Source of the DNA: the human T2T-CHM13v2.0 reference genome, Homo sapiens | NCBI RefSeq assembly: GCF_009914755.1 | Contig: NC_060927.1 | Reading direction: 5' to 3' (one strand) | Length of the DNA: 64,000 nt | Shown: piece by piece, positions 1-12,075 of the stretch | How positions within the stretch are numbered: the stretch's first letter is position 1 | Layout: each line of letters opens with the position of its first letter | Notes under the pieces: generated by a model | Seen by the model: only the letters and a program-made list of their open reading frames with translations | Databases searched by the model: none | Told to the model about the DNA's origin: nothing | Made by a program: the position numbers and the translations under genes

Positions 1-44
1 TTCTCTTTTAATTGGGAGAAGATTTTTACCTGGGCTCCTTGTAT

Positions 45-342
45 GGCTTGTATTCAATGTCAGCTCAACTGTCACATACTCAGAGAGGCCTTTTATGACC
101 TATTTAAAGCAACCCCCATATCACATATAAAGCACTCTGTCAAAATTACTCTGTTTTGTCTCCTTTACAAGCATTTATTTTTCTGGAATTATCTGGTTGG
201 TTTACTTATTATTTGCTCTCTCTTTCCTCTGCCTTTCATGATGTCAGAAGTCTTTTCCAACTTGTTTTTTTTTTTGTCTCTAATAGCTAGCACAATGCCT
301 AGCAAATTTCAGGAACACAATAAATATCTGTTCAGTGGATGA
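45..342 (+). mobile_element. L2 (LINE2) 3' fragment
   Basis: Ends in an L2-type tail 'agcacaatgcctagc...aataaatatctgttcagtggatg'; upstream 'cagagaggcctt' is also L2-like. Boundaries approximate. Confidence 0.65.
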
Positions 343-1170
343 CTAGGAGCACAGATTACTATTGTAGAATTGGACCTAAGATCAGTAAGTAATTCCAGGA
401 CTTAGGAAATTGCATGGTGCCTTGATGCTCTAGAACTGAGTGAAAATTTTTCTAGTCCTATCATAGGGAGAATCTCCCCTGCCATGTTTCTGGGGCCTAA
501 AAGTACTTAATTATTACATCTGTGTTTCAGTGAAGTTGGGAAATCAAGACTTAGCCAGTTTATGATCAAATCTCAATATAGAACAGGGGAGTATGTGCTC
601 AGAATATAGAGGGCCCTTGGGCACATCTATGCTCTATAAAGAAGGGCTCAGCTGTCTCTGACAGATTATTGTTTCACATCTATTGACTGCCTCCCAGATT
701 CAAGGGAAGACAAATGGGACTATTGGTTAAGGAAGAAGTGGCTGCAGCTATTGTACTAGGTTTCCAATAGGGATTTTTTTTTGTCATTGTTGGTCATGGT
801 AGTTAATGAAACAGAAATTTAAGTCATCTCTCTATATTTGAAGGATTCTATGAACAGGCAGTATATCTGCCTTTAAGCCTGAGTGTTGGTATTAGGACAT
901 AATTTTTTTCTCGTAAAGTTTGTCAACATTTCTGATGTCATGAAAGTCAAACAAGGTAATATATAGTTTTTTTTTCTTCCTTTTGGGCTTTCTGAGGAAT
1001 TAACTTTATAGAAAGATAGAAATGAATCTTCATTTAAACAGAGATGTTTCTTCAAGAAGAAAGATGAAGTTTGGAAGAAGTCAGAGAAGCTGGTTAGTTG
1101 TGAGCATTAACATTTTTACTAGAACTTCAAAGCAAATGATACGTTCTGGTAACACTGCATTGGAAATGCA

Positions 1171-1435
1171 CTGCAACCTGTAGTCCCAGCTATTCAGGAG
1201 GCTGAGATGGCAGAATCACCTGAACCCAGGAGGCGGAGGTTGCAGTGAGCCAAGATCATGCCACTACGCTCCAGCAGGGGTGACAGAGTGAGACTCCGTC
1301 TCAAAGCCACTACACTCCAGCAGGGGTGACAGAGTGAGACTCAGTCTCAAAGCCACTACACTCCAGCAGGGGTGACAGAGTGAGACTCCATCTCAAAAAA
1401 AAAAAAAAAAAAAAAAAAGAAAAGAAAAAGAAAAA
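1171..1435 (+). mobile_element. 5'-truncated Alu (right arm only) with triplicated 46-bp 3' segment
   Basis: 'cctgtagtcccagcta...aggttgcagtgagccaagatc', poly-A/AAAAG tail, TSD gaaatgca at 1163-1170 and 1436-1443. Confidence 0.95.
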
Positions 1436-2187
1436 GAAATGCATCAGTCTATATAACCTGAAAGTCATTTTTTTTTTCTGGAATAGTCATTTCTTTGTTT
1501 TGCTCTAAGAATAAACTTGTTTTTACAGAGCCAGAATGCATTGCTCTCTAAAGATCAAGTTTTAGCAATCTTAGACTAAACAAATGAGCTTAACTTAAGA
1601 ACTTGTGGCTTTCACCACAGCTTCTTCTCCCTGTACTTATGAGTTCATTATTTATACTCTATTCTGGGGAAAATTAAGTAATGCAAGTAAGGACTGCTTA
1701 TTCTAGAATATATTAGGAAAGGGGAGATTTTAGCATGTGTTCCTCCTAAGTCCTCTTAGAAGAATTTGCACTTTAGGATCATGCACACTTCCCAGGGCTG
1801 GTGTGAAAACACACTCAAAACGTTCAGGTCTTCACAGAGATATGTCAGGTACTAATCTCAGCTCTACACCCTCAGTTCCAAAGTTCTATTGAAACTGTGC
1901 TGGGTGAATCTCATTGACCTTTTAGAAAAGCCCAATGCTTATACAGAGAAGTAGGATGTAAGTATCCTAGACCCCTTTTCCTAATAATACCTTTCACTAA
2001 GGTTGAGGTATTCTGCTAGTTGGTTGATGACGGGGACTAAAGAGGCAAGACAGTTCATCGGTGGTGATTGCTAGAATGCCAGATCCAACTGAAGGGAGAG
2101 AGGAATAGGCAGAGCTGGGTTTCTTCTCTCCTGACTATACAATTTCTACATTTGGTTTCCTTCAATATCTTTTCACCAGCTTTCCAC

Positions 2188-3060
2188 TTCCAGCTAAGAT
2201 AGAATAATAGAGATTGAACTTACCCTCTTGTCAAAAACAAACAAGAAAACAAAGCAAAATATATGAAACAATGGTTTTTAAGACACTGGACATCAGGCAA
2301 TGACCCAACTGTGCTGAAAAAGAAAGCTTAAGAATATTTATAGGAATACAAAAATATACAGACCCCCAAAATATAAAATTCACAATATTTGGCATCCAAT
2401 CAACAACTAGCAGTCATTCCAAGAAACAAGAAGATATGAGTCATAATGAGAAAAATAATCAATGGAAACTGACCCAAAATTGGGTCAAGATAAGTACATC
2501 AAAACAGTTATTATAACTATATTCCATATCTTCAAAAAGCTAAGTAGAGTATCTTTAAAAGAATCAAATCAGACTTCAGGAGAGGAGAGCTATAATGGCT
2601 AAAATATTAAAATATAATAAATAGGATAAATAACAGATTAGACATTACAGAAAAAAAAAGATCAGTATACTTGAAGACATATAATAAAAGTCACCCAAAG
2701 TGAACGATAGAGAAAAATTAAAAAGAGCATAAGTGAAGTTGGGACAACTTCATGCAGCTTTATATGCATGTAATTAGAGTCTCTAAAGGGAGGGTAGAAA
2801 AATATCTAAATAAATAATGGCTAAAAATTTTCCGTATTTGTTGACATTTTAAACCCACAGATACAGTAAACACAATGAATTCCATACACAGGAAACCTGG
2901 AGAACAGTACAGCAAGGCTCATCATAATTAAATTACCTAAAAGGAGTGATTAAAGAAATACTTCAAAAGCAACCAAAGGAAAAAGAAAAAAATGCCATAG
3001 ATGAATAAAAATAAATGGACAACAGATTCATTAATGTAACAGATTTATTTATGTAAGAAT
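2188..3060 (+). mobile_element. Ancient L1M (L1MD/L1ME-type) 5' end and ORF1 relic
   Basis: 'ttccagctaagat...aaaatatatgaaacaatggtttttaagacactggacatcaggcaa' resembles an L1M 5' end, followed by A-rich decayed ORF1-like sequence. Confidence 0.65.
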
Positions 3061-3069
3061 CAATGCAAA

Positions 3070-3620
3070 ATATGTATGTCTGTTCCAGTATGGAGGGTTT
3101 TGCTGGCTTTGCTTCCTGCTTTGCCTTCTTTGACACTACTCCAAAGAGGATGTTGGAGCACCTCATTACCGCCTCACAAAGCAGGATGTCCAGGCTCCCT
3201 ACTTAACTTTTGCTGGCATGGCAAAGTTTTTTTGTTTGTTTGTTGTTGTTTTTGTTTTTGTTTCCGTGGTGTTTGGGTGGAGCATAGTGATAGTTGTCTA
3301 AAGTGTTCTGTCTTGCCAGGTTCCTCCCCTCCCGATCCTTTGGGTGAAGAAGGCAGGCTTTTTGTTTGTTTGCACCCATTGGTGTTTCCGGATCACTGGT
3401 TCTTCAAACTCCACGTTTGTGATATATAGAAAAAAAGAAAACATTTAGAACTCACCAATTTATCGTTCTTTGGGTCCTGAGTTCCCTAGGCAGCCTGCCT
3501 TCTCTTCACCTTTCAGGGTCTTTTATATTTGCTTTATATAAAATGCACAGGGTTTTTAGCTGTATGTCATTGGACAAACATGAAAGATACATTTACTTCA
3601 TTTTCTAGAAGCAAAAGTCT
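3070..3620 (-). mobile_element. Ancient L1M 5' end (L1MDa-like), reverse orientation
   Basis: Reverse complement 'gacttttgcttctagaaaatgaag...cagctaaaaaccctg...aagaccctgaaaggtgaagagaaggcagg...ctagggaactcaggacccaaagaacg' matches my recollection of an L1M 5' UTR. Confidence 0.6.
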
Positions 3621-5390
3621 TGACAACTCATTGTTAACAAAATTGCAAACTTAAATCAGTGAAGAAAAAATAGTCTCTTCCAAAATGTTGCTGGAACATT
3701 TGGGAGTCCACATGCAAAAAAATAAACTCGATCCATAACTCACATCACATAATAAAATTATCTGGAAATGTAGATTAAAGTGTAAAACCTAAAACTATAA
3801 ATTTTTAGCAGAATACATAAGAGAAAATATATATGGCCTAGGCTATTTAAAAAGTTTTTAGATATAATATCGAAAGCACAATCCAGGAAAGAACAGACTG
3901 ATAAATTGTACTTCTTAAAACTTTTTCTTTTCAAAAGTTACTGTCATGAGGAAAAAAAAAAGACAAGCCACAGAAATAGACAAAATATTTGTACAGCACA
4001 TATATGGTAAAGGACTTTTATCCAAAACATGTAAAAAATGCTCAAAACTCTATAAGAGAACAAGCAAATCAAAAAAAAAGGGCAAAAGATTGGAAAAGAT
4101 GATTCACAAAGGAAACATACAAATGAAAAATAAGCACATAAAAAGGTACTTGTCATCATTATTCATTGGGAAAATAAGAATTAAATTGCAATGAATACTA
4201 CTATGTATATATGAGACTGGTTAAAATTAAAAAGACTGACCACAGCAATTGTTGATGAGAAACTGGAACTCTCATATACCTTATGTTCACTATATAAAAT
4301 TGTACAATCACTTTGGCAAACAGTGATAATTTTTTATAAAGTTAAATATGTTGTATGATTCAACTCTTCCACGTCTATGTACGTACTTAAGAGAAATAAG
4401 GCTTATGTGAATACAAACACGTGTACACAAATGCTTATAGCAACTTTATTTGTAATAGTCAAAAATGGAAAACTACTCAAATATCCACTAACAAATGAAT
4501 TGATAAATTGTGGTGTATCCATACAATGGAATAGCACTCTGCTATGAAAGGAATAAACTAAAACATGCAACAAAATGGGTAAATCTTAAAATAATTTCAT
4601 AGTTGCAGAAGCCAGCAAAAGAAAAAAAATACTGTTGATACAGTTGTGGGTTGAATTGTGTTTCCCAAAAAAAGATGCTGAAGTTCTGATCCCATTACAT
4701 GTGAATATGACCTTACTTTGTAATAGCATCTTTGCAGTTTTATTAATAATTAAGTTAAAACTATGTCATGATAGGTTAGAATGGGCCCTAAGTCTAATGA
4801 CTATTATCTTTATAGGAAGAGGGAGATTTGAAGATACAGAGGAGATAGAAGGGAAAAGGCTGTGTGAAGACAGAGTCTGTAATTAGAGTTAGGCTGCCAT
4901 AAGGCAAGGAATGCCAAGGATTACTGGCAACTACCAGAAGCCAGAAGAGGCAAGGAAGGATAGATACTTCTCTAGAGCCTTTAGAGGTAGCAGAGTCCTG
5001 CTGACACCTTTCCTTCAGACTTCTAGCCTCCAGAAGAGTGAGAGAGTACATTTCTGTTGTTTCAATTCACCCAACTTGTGGTACTTTTAAAACCCTAGCC
5101 CCAGGAAACCATTGCAAGTACCTACCATATGATTCCATTTATAGACAATTTTTAGGCAATGACTGAAAGCAGATTAGTGGTTGCCTGGGGGCAGGGGTGA
5201 GGAGAGGCAGGTAGGGAGCAGAAGGAGAGATTTCAAAAGCGCATGAAGAAACATGATGTTCATGGATATATTTATTATATCTTGCTTGTGATGATGGTTT
5301 CATAGGTGTATACACATCAAAACTTAACAAACTTTATACTTCAGGTAGGTGCAGTTTATTGTATGCTGATTGTACTGTGATTAAAAAGAA
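3621..5390 (+). mobile_element. L1ME-type ORF2 C-terminus and 3' UTR relic, interrupted by MLT1
   Basis: ORF2-like 'aaaacctaaaactataaa' and 'aagacaagccacagaa' (ORF 3946..4194 is an ORF2 relic); 3' UTR 'gcagattagtggttgcctgggg...gtgatgatggtttcataggtgtatac'. Confidence 0.8.
4642..5116 (+). mobile_element. MLT1B/C-like MaLR solo LTR
   Basis: 'tgtgggttgaattgtgtttcccaaaaaagatg...ctgctgacacctt...cagacttctagcctccagaa...ggaaacc' is typical MLT1. Confidence 0.85.
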
Positions 5391-5489
5391 AAAGATCTCA
5401 TTGCTGTGATTTTCAGGACAGCCTTTTTCTTTTTCTGACTGTCTTATAGAAGTTAGTCATGAATTCTCATAGATGGCAGAGTATACATA

Positions 5490-5942
5490 AGGGGTTGTAA
5501 AGTAATGTCATGTAAGCTAGATTTGGCATGAAGTCCTATTGGCTGGCCCTATTGTATTTTAAAAATCAGGGGCCAGGCGTGGTGGCTTATGCCTGGGGCT
5601 TTGGGAGGCCCAGGTGAGAGGATCACTTGAGGCCAAGAATTTGAGACTGCACTGAGCTATGATCGTGCCACTGCACTACATCCTAGGTTACAGAGCAAGA
5701 ACTTGTCTGTAAAAAATAAATACATAAATAAAATCAGGAGATTACACATAAAATTTTATTATTCTTGATGCTTTAAAAAAAGTAATTAACTCTAACCACA
5801 CTGAGTCCTCCTTCCTGTATGGCAACAATTGGCTGTTGCTGGGTAGCAGTTGCCACTTTAGATTGTGCATGCATTTTCCAGTTTTCCTTAGTCCCTGCCT
5901 GTTACCTGCCTCTCCTTATAGATATTTGAGTTATATGACTGC
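5490..5942 (+). mobile_element. MER102 (hAT-Charlie) DNA transposon, interrupted by an Alu monomer
   Basis: 'tggcaacaattggctgttgctgggtagcagttgccactttaga...gttacctgcc...atttgagtt' resembles MER102. Confidence 0.6.
5571..5729 (+). mobile_element. Alu monomer (FRAM-like)
   Basis: 'ggccaggcgtggtggc...gagctatgatcgtgccactgcact', A-rich tail, TSD aaaatcagg at 5562-5570 and 5730-5738. Confidence 0.9.
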
Positions 5943-6967
5943 TTTCTGCTCCAAGTTCGTAAGGAGAAAGAAACTGATTTTCATTTACCAGGCTGCTTCG
6001 GTCACTGTACAGTTTGTATTACACATTGTTATTTAGAGTAGTGTCAGTTTCTTTACTCCTTTCTTGCCCTTCCTTCAGACCCAACTTTCAAAACAGGTAC
6101 CCTTGTGTCAGCTTGCATAGCTACACATGGTCCTCAGTGACTTTGAAATGATCAGTTGTAAGGGCTTGATTGAATACTTCTTTTTCCATAGGGGATCCTT
6201 ATCTCTCTCTCTATCCATCATAATAAAAAGAACAATCTAAAATAAGCTCTATAAATAAAAATTCATATAAGTGTTAAGCATAATTCATCGAATTTAAATT
6301 AAACCCCTAAAATTGTACTGAAAATGGAATTTATTGTATGTCTCTTTGTTTAAAAATTACTATCTTGACTCGTATTGGACATTAAGCCCTCAATGGAATT
6401 TATGATTTGGAATTAATGGTATTGCTCTCTAGTGCTGCAGTTATCATACCCTTCGCCTTCCCACAGGAGCACAGGACCTAAAGCCTTTGAGGATAAGTTT
6501 CTTGCATTTGCTTTGCAGTCTTTTTTTTTTCTTTATATGTTCACTGTAAAATATGTGCCAAGAACGGACAATATAAGAATATGTAATTCTTGGAAAATAA
6601 TTCCCCTTTGTCATTTTAATTTGGCATTGAGACTTTCATTTCTATCAGCTGGAAAAAGTGAAAACTAATCTTTATTAATAATGTTCTTCAAATTGCATTT
6701 TTGTAATGTTTCAACAGTTTCACTTGTATCAAGCTATCCATATTAATCATTTGTAAAACTTTTATATAAATTCTCTAATAAAATATTAACTGCAAATTTC
6801 TATTTCTAAAACATTTTACTTTTTATTTAGAGAATTTGTTATGTCCCTGGGAAACTCCATTCAGAAGAAAAGGCTACAGTAAATCTTTGTAGTCACTGTT
6901 GTAGTTCTAAGGGATTTGTTGGGGGTTTAAAGTGACTGAAAATCGTAGTGGCTTTGAAAGCTTAGAT

Positions 6968-7618
6968 TCACATAAAAACCTGCACATGGATGTTTTCAGC
7001 AATTTTATTCATAATTACCCAAACTTGGAAGAAACAAAGATGTCCTTCAGTAGGAGAATGAATACATAAATGGTGGCACATTCAGACAATGGAATATTAC
7101 TCAGTGCTAAAAGGAAATGAGCTATTATCCCATGAGAAGAGAAGGAAACTTAAATGCATACTACTAAGTGAAATAAGCGTATCTGAAAAGGCTACATGTT
7201 ATGATTCCAACTATATAACATTCTGGGAAAGGTAAAACTATGGACACAGTAAAAATATCAGTGGTTGCCAGCGGTTAAGAGGATGGGAAAGATGAACAGG
7301 CAGAGCACAGAGGATTTTTAGGGAAGTAAAAATACTCTATGATACTACAATAGTGGATACATGTCATTTGCCATTTGTCCAAACCCACAGAATGTACAAC
7401 ACCAAGAGTGAACCCTAATGTAAACTACGGCCTTTGGGTTATAATGATGTTGATGTAGGTTCATCGATTTTAACAAATGTACCATTGTGTTGTGGGATGT
7501 TAATAGCTTCGGAGGCTGTGCAAGTGTAGAGACAGGGGTATATAGGAACTTTGTAGTTTCTGCTCAGTTTCACTGCAAATCTAAAATTGATCTAAAGATA
7601 AAGTTTATTAATTAAAAA
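6968..7618 (+). mobile_element. L1MC1/2-type 3' end
   Basis: 'aaacccacagaatgtacaacaccaagagtgaaccctaatgtaaactac' is characteristic of the L1MC 3' UTR. Confidence 0.85.
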
Positions 7619-7671
7619 ATATTGCTGGTAAGCACTTGGGATTGAGAAACTATTTGACATATTGAAATTAA

Positions 7672-7860
7672 CATGGCTTTTGGAATAAGACATTATTTGA
7701 ATCTTGACTCCACCAATTTTTAGTCTAACAACTATGAAATTTAAATTTGCTGGGCCTCAGTTTTCTCATGAATAAATGAGTGAGTAATAGTCACCTTGCA
7801 GGATTGTTATGAGGAATAAACTGAGATAACTTCCAATAAACTCAACAAATGGCAGCAGTT
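7672..7860 (+). mobile_element. MIR SINE
   Basis: MIR core 'gggcctcagttttctcat...aggattgttatgagga...gagataa'. Confidence 0.75.
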
Positions 7861-8619
7861 ATTATTTATAATACATTTCAAGTCTGGGGCCAGGAGAGCG
7901 ATCCTCCATATCAGTGGGAGAAGAAGGACATATGCCCATTGCGGTCTGACCCCCAGGGGTTGGAGCCTTATGGAGTGAATAGATAAAACTACACACTTTT
8001 CAGAAGCAGTGTACAGCAGACAGGTAAAAGATTAAAGCTGGCTAGTGTCAAGTATACTGTTTTAAATTTTTTACTCTAGCAGTGAAAACGTGAGATCACC
8101 TTAGATAAATTGATGCTATTTAAAGAAATGCCACACATACCCCCACCCCTGAAAAAGCATTGGAAATTATACGTGGAAAGCCTTTATTTCTTAATGAATT
8201 TTCCCTTCAAATATTAGAAAGTTTACTAATATTTCCAAAACTAGAGGAAAGAAAAATACATACGTGAAAAAAGTTACCGGAGGCCCCAGTATGTTAGACC
8301 CTGATCACTAATCTTACCGAGAAATTAAAACTTGCAAGTAGGCATATAAATGGAAAGCAATGACAGGGAAAATATTCTGAGAAATATAAAAAGAGAAAAA
8401 CGAAGGCAATCGTGGGAGTAGGTAACCATAAGAACTGTCAAATAGCTTCTTTTCCATTTTCTCCATTACTCCACACCAAAGTTTCCCACTTAAAAACCAA
8501 AAATAATATCAAGTGGCAGAGCTTGTTAGTCGGCCATAGTATCCATTCTTTCCTTTCCTCTTTGTAGCAGGCCCCTTCCTCCCCCACTGCTTCTCCTTTT
8601 TTGTTATTATATTCTCTTT

Positions 8620-9055
8620 CCCCCTCGTAGCCCATGGACTTAAGGAAAATTCTAGGCATTGATATCACAGACCTAAGATAATTCCTGTTTGGGCCAATGA
8701 GACATGAGAGAAGGTTTGCTAAGGGCTTCTGAGAAAGAAATTTTCATGCTCTGAAGAAAGACCCACTGAAGGAGACACTCTCTCTTCATCTAGCCTCCAT
8801 GGAGTTGCAGATGAAAAGCTCAGAACTTCCACAGTTACTTTTGCACCATAGGAAAGTTAATCTATGAACAAAATTAATACACAGTGGAGGACTTAGTGGA
8901 GGGACTTACAGAAAAACTGGACTAGAGTTATTGGCTTGTTCAAAGCCTACATTATGCCCTCCTCTGGATTTCTAGATAAATGAGCCAATACAGATTCTCC
9001 TCTGATTCAGCTGAAATCAGTTTATTATTTGCAGCTGAAAGCTAATATCAACCAA
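8620..9055 (+). mobile_element. Old MLT1 (J/K/L-like) LTR relic
   Basis: 'ggccaatgagacatgagagaagg...gggcttctgagaaag...tgagccaata...tttgcagctgaaagc'. Confidence 0.6.
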
Positions 9056-9959
9056 CTAATGAACCATTAAAAAATGGTTATTTCTGACATGTTGGCTTTT
9101 ATCGACATTGTTTACAAAAATGTTAAGAAAGATATGGGAAGACCTTTAGGATCATGGCACAGAATAAAAGAAAATCAGGAATTTGATACCCTGGGAAAAA
9201 TGTTCTATAGAGGCAGCTGACTTGCCATGTGAAGCTAACACTGGATGATTAAGCCCTTACACTAATGTCCTTTTAATTTACTTTTTATTTGTACAGTTTA
9301 GTGAATTGTTATGTTACCTTATACCCATCTGGGTTAGAGACATAGCAGAAACACCACAAATAACTATGTAAGAGAGCTGGAATACACTCAGTGGAACTTA
9401 ATCATATCATGGATAATGGAAGCTGAGTAATATTGACAATTATAGCAAAGTTGATGGCAGATAATTTGGTATAAATAGGTTTACTGCAATGTCGAATCTA
9501 GATGCAATTGCATTTTAAGACCAGGCTTATTAACAGGTATTTTTAAAAGGATGGAATATGTTATGAAATTGTGGAGATAGAATCACATTGATATTTTCCG
9601 TGGTGTGAAAACAACCTGTCTTGATTTTTCAATATACAAGTAATTTCCAGCGTACAGGAGACGGCACACATTCCCTAATTATCCTGAATTGACTTTAGCC
9701 TGCTTTGAATTTTACTTGTCAATCTTCTTAATGGGAATAGGATTAGAATATCATTGATGTAGAATCAATGTAATACGTCATTCATGATGAAATAAGTATA
9801 TATCTGTTGAATAAATAAAAGAATAAATTAATTAATGAAGATTATATTCAACCCTATTTCAATGATTACTTAAGCTACTATTTAAGGAGCATCTAGATAG
9901 TTAAGATGGTAGATTCTACAAACCGCTCATGAAACTCTTCACATTTCTTTATTTTCGAC

Positions 9960-10760
9960 TTCACTCTACACTTTATTTCTGAGTTCATCTTTCCAGGTAC
10001 TTATAGAACATTTTCATATGCATGCCCCACAATCAGCGCAAACGTAAATATCCCAAATTAAACCTACTTGTCATTGTGATCTTCTTCCCATCTCTTCACT
10101 CCACTTTTCAGTTGGTGGTATAACTTTCTCCCAGTCACCAAGGAATACGTTCTTCATCGTCATTGACTTTTTCACCTTTACCATGTGTCTTAGCCATGGA
10201 GTCCTACTTATTCTTCTTTACAGTGCTCCTCCTTCCTAGTCTCATGGCTATAGCTATCAGCTCACTCGTTGTAGACATGTAACCCTTTTTTCAGATTCTA
10301 TTTACCCCCAATTTAAACCACCCTACATATTTTCCCATACTTTAATCTTTCTAAAACATTGTTTTCACTATTGCTTTCTTTGGCTTGAGGACTCACAGTA
10401 ATTGGATATTGCTTGAAGTTTGAAATCCAGTTGTATTAGACTAGTATTCAAGTCTTTTATTATTGGTCTAATATTACATACAAAAGTTGACTTTTAAATA
10501 TTATCAGAATAAACTTTCTGCTATAAAACTAGATTGGTTTCTGTCATGTACAGACATATTCCCAGTGCCACACCTTTGCTTAGGTTGTCTCTGCCAGAGA
10601 TGCTCATTTTCAAACCCTTATACAATTCAATCCTTTCCGTTGTTATTTTATCTTTACCCTAACTCTTAACCCAGATACCCATGCCATGCTTTCTTTCAGG
10701 CCCAGCTAAGTCTTATCTCTGTGTATATTTCTGACTATCTCAGTTCATAATTATTCCTCT
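9960..10760 (+). mobile_element. Decayed L2 fragments
   Basis: Pyrimidine-rich sequence with L2-like motifs ('ctcccagtcaccaag', 'taatctttctaaaacat'). Boundaries uncertain. Confidence 0.45.
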
Positions 10761-11119
10761 CTGAAGGAGCATACTCCCAAGCCTAAATTGTTTGGTGATG
10801 TCTCAAGTTGTTCGAAGTTATAAAATTAGATGTCGATATTATGCAGCTTTAACAGGAATGAGCCTTTGGTCCCATCTCTGGCTGGGCCCAAGCAGTGGGG
10901 AGCCCTGAAGGCATGATTCCAGTTGTAATATAGCTTAGTGTTTATCTACTAACTGTGATTTTCCTCTTTGTGGCTTCCCCAGTAGGGATTTCTCTAATGG
11001 AAAATGGTAATTAAATATTGACTTAAAAAATCCTTTCTTATGCTTAAGTGCATTGTAGTTGTATAATCTACTCTGTGGTTGGAAAATTCTTTAAGACAAT
11101 TTAATAATATTTAAAAAAA

Positions 11120-11350
11120 TAGTACTATGTGGACTCTATTATAACCTGTAAAAAACAATACAAATTCATATATAATAATTTTGAGTATGTAAAAACATAT
11201 GTACTCAAAAAAAGACTGGAATATCAATATTAGCAGTGGTCATTTTGGGTGGTAATAGTATTAGTGACTTGCTATCATATAAAATACGTTTTAGTGCTTC
11301 TCAAATTCTCTGCAATAAACAAGAATTACTTTTATAGTCAGAATAAAAAG
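11120..11350 (+). mobile_element. L1ME3/4-type 3' UTR fragment
   Basis: 'aaaaagactggaa...tattagcagtggtcattttgggtgg...attacttttatagtcagaa'. Confidence 0.5.
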
Positions 11351-11577
11351 TAAATTTAATTTTTGAATACATATTTTAAGTTATCTCCCCATTTTTAGCC
11401 CATGGCTAGGGCCATAACTAGGTAGAAGGCTTTATCTTATTATGCAAAGCATGTTGGGTCCCTCTTTCTTTGACCTCACACTTCAAAAAGAGGTTCTCCC
11501 ACAGCCTTGTATCCCAAGATGACTACCCCTGGCTACATAAGAACATAGCCTATGACTTTCAAACTATTGCTTTTCTT

Positions 11578-11721
11578 CCTTCTTTTTCTTGTTTCTTTTT
11601 TTTCTAGATAGAGACTCTTGCTCTGTCACCAGGCTGGAATGCAGTTGTGCAGTCATAGCTCACCACAGCCTTGAACTCCTGGGTAGCTGTAGGACTACAG
11701 GCATCAGCCACTGTGCCCAGC
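11578..11721 (-). mobile_element. AluJ right arm and tail (piece 1 of a split Alu)
   Basis: T-rich tail then 'gagactcttgctctgtcaccaggctggaatgcag...tcatagctcaccacagccttgaactcctggg' (J-type); stops where THE1 begins. Confidence 0.9.
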
Positions 11722-12075
11722 TATATTAGTCCATTCTCATGCTGCTAATAAAGACACACCGGAGACTGAGAAGAAAAGGAGGTTTAATTAGACTTACAGT
11801 TCCATGTGGCTGGGGATATGTCAGAATCATGGTGGGAGGCAAAAGGCACTTCTTACATGGTAGTGGCAAGAGAAAAATGAGGAAGAAGCAAAATTGGAAA
11901 CCCCCAATAAACCTGTCAGATCTTGTAAGACTTATTCACTATCATGCGAATAGCATGGGAAAGACTGGCCCCTTGATTCAATTACCTCCCGCTGCGTCCC
12001 TCCCTCAACACATGGGAATTCTGGAAGATACAATTGAAGTTGAGATTTGGGTGGGGACACAGCCAAACCATGTCA
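11722..12075 (-). mobile_element. THE1D 3' LTR
   Basis: 'tattagtccattctcatgctgctaataaagac...gggtggggacacagccaaaccatgtca' is the reverse complement of a THE1 LTR; direct repeat of 13633-13980. Confidence 0.92.

Noticed and set aside
1260-1397. Three direct repeats as a CRISPR-like array
   Set aside because: There are no spacers, the units are Alu 3' sequence, the context is eukaryotic and no cas genes are present.
3076-3429. 117-aa ORF with a signal-peptide-like start (MSVPVWRVLLALLPAL)
   Set aside because: It is the antisense reading of an L1M 5' relic and includes a TTTG low-complexity run.
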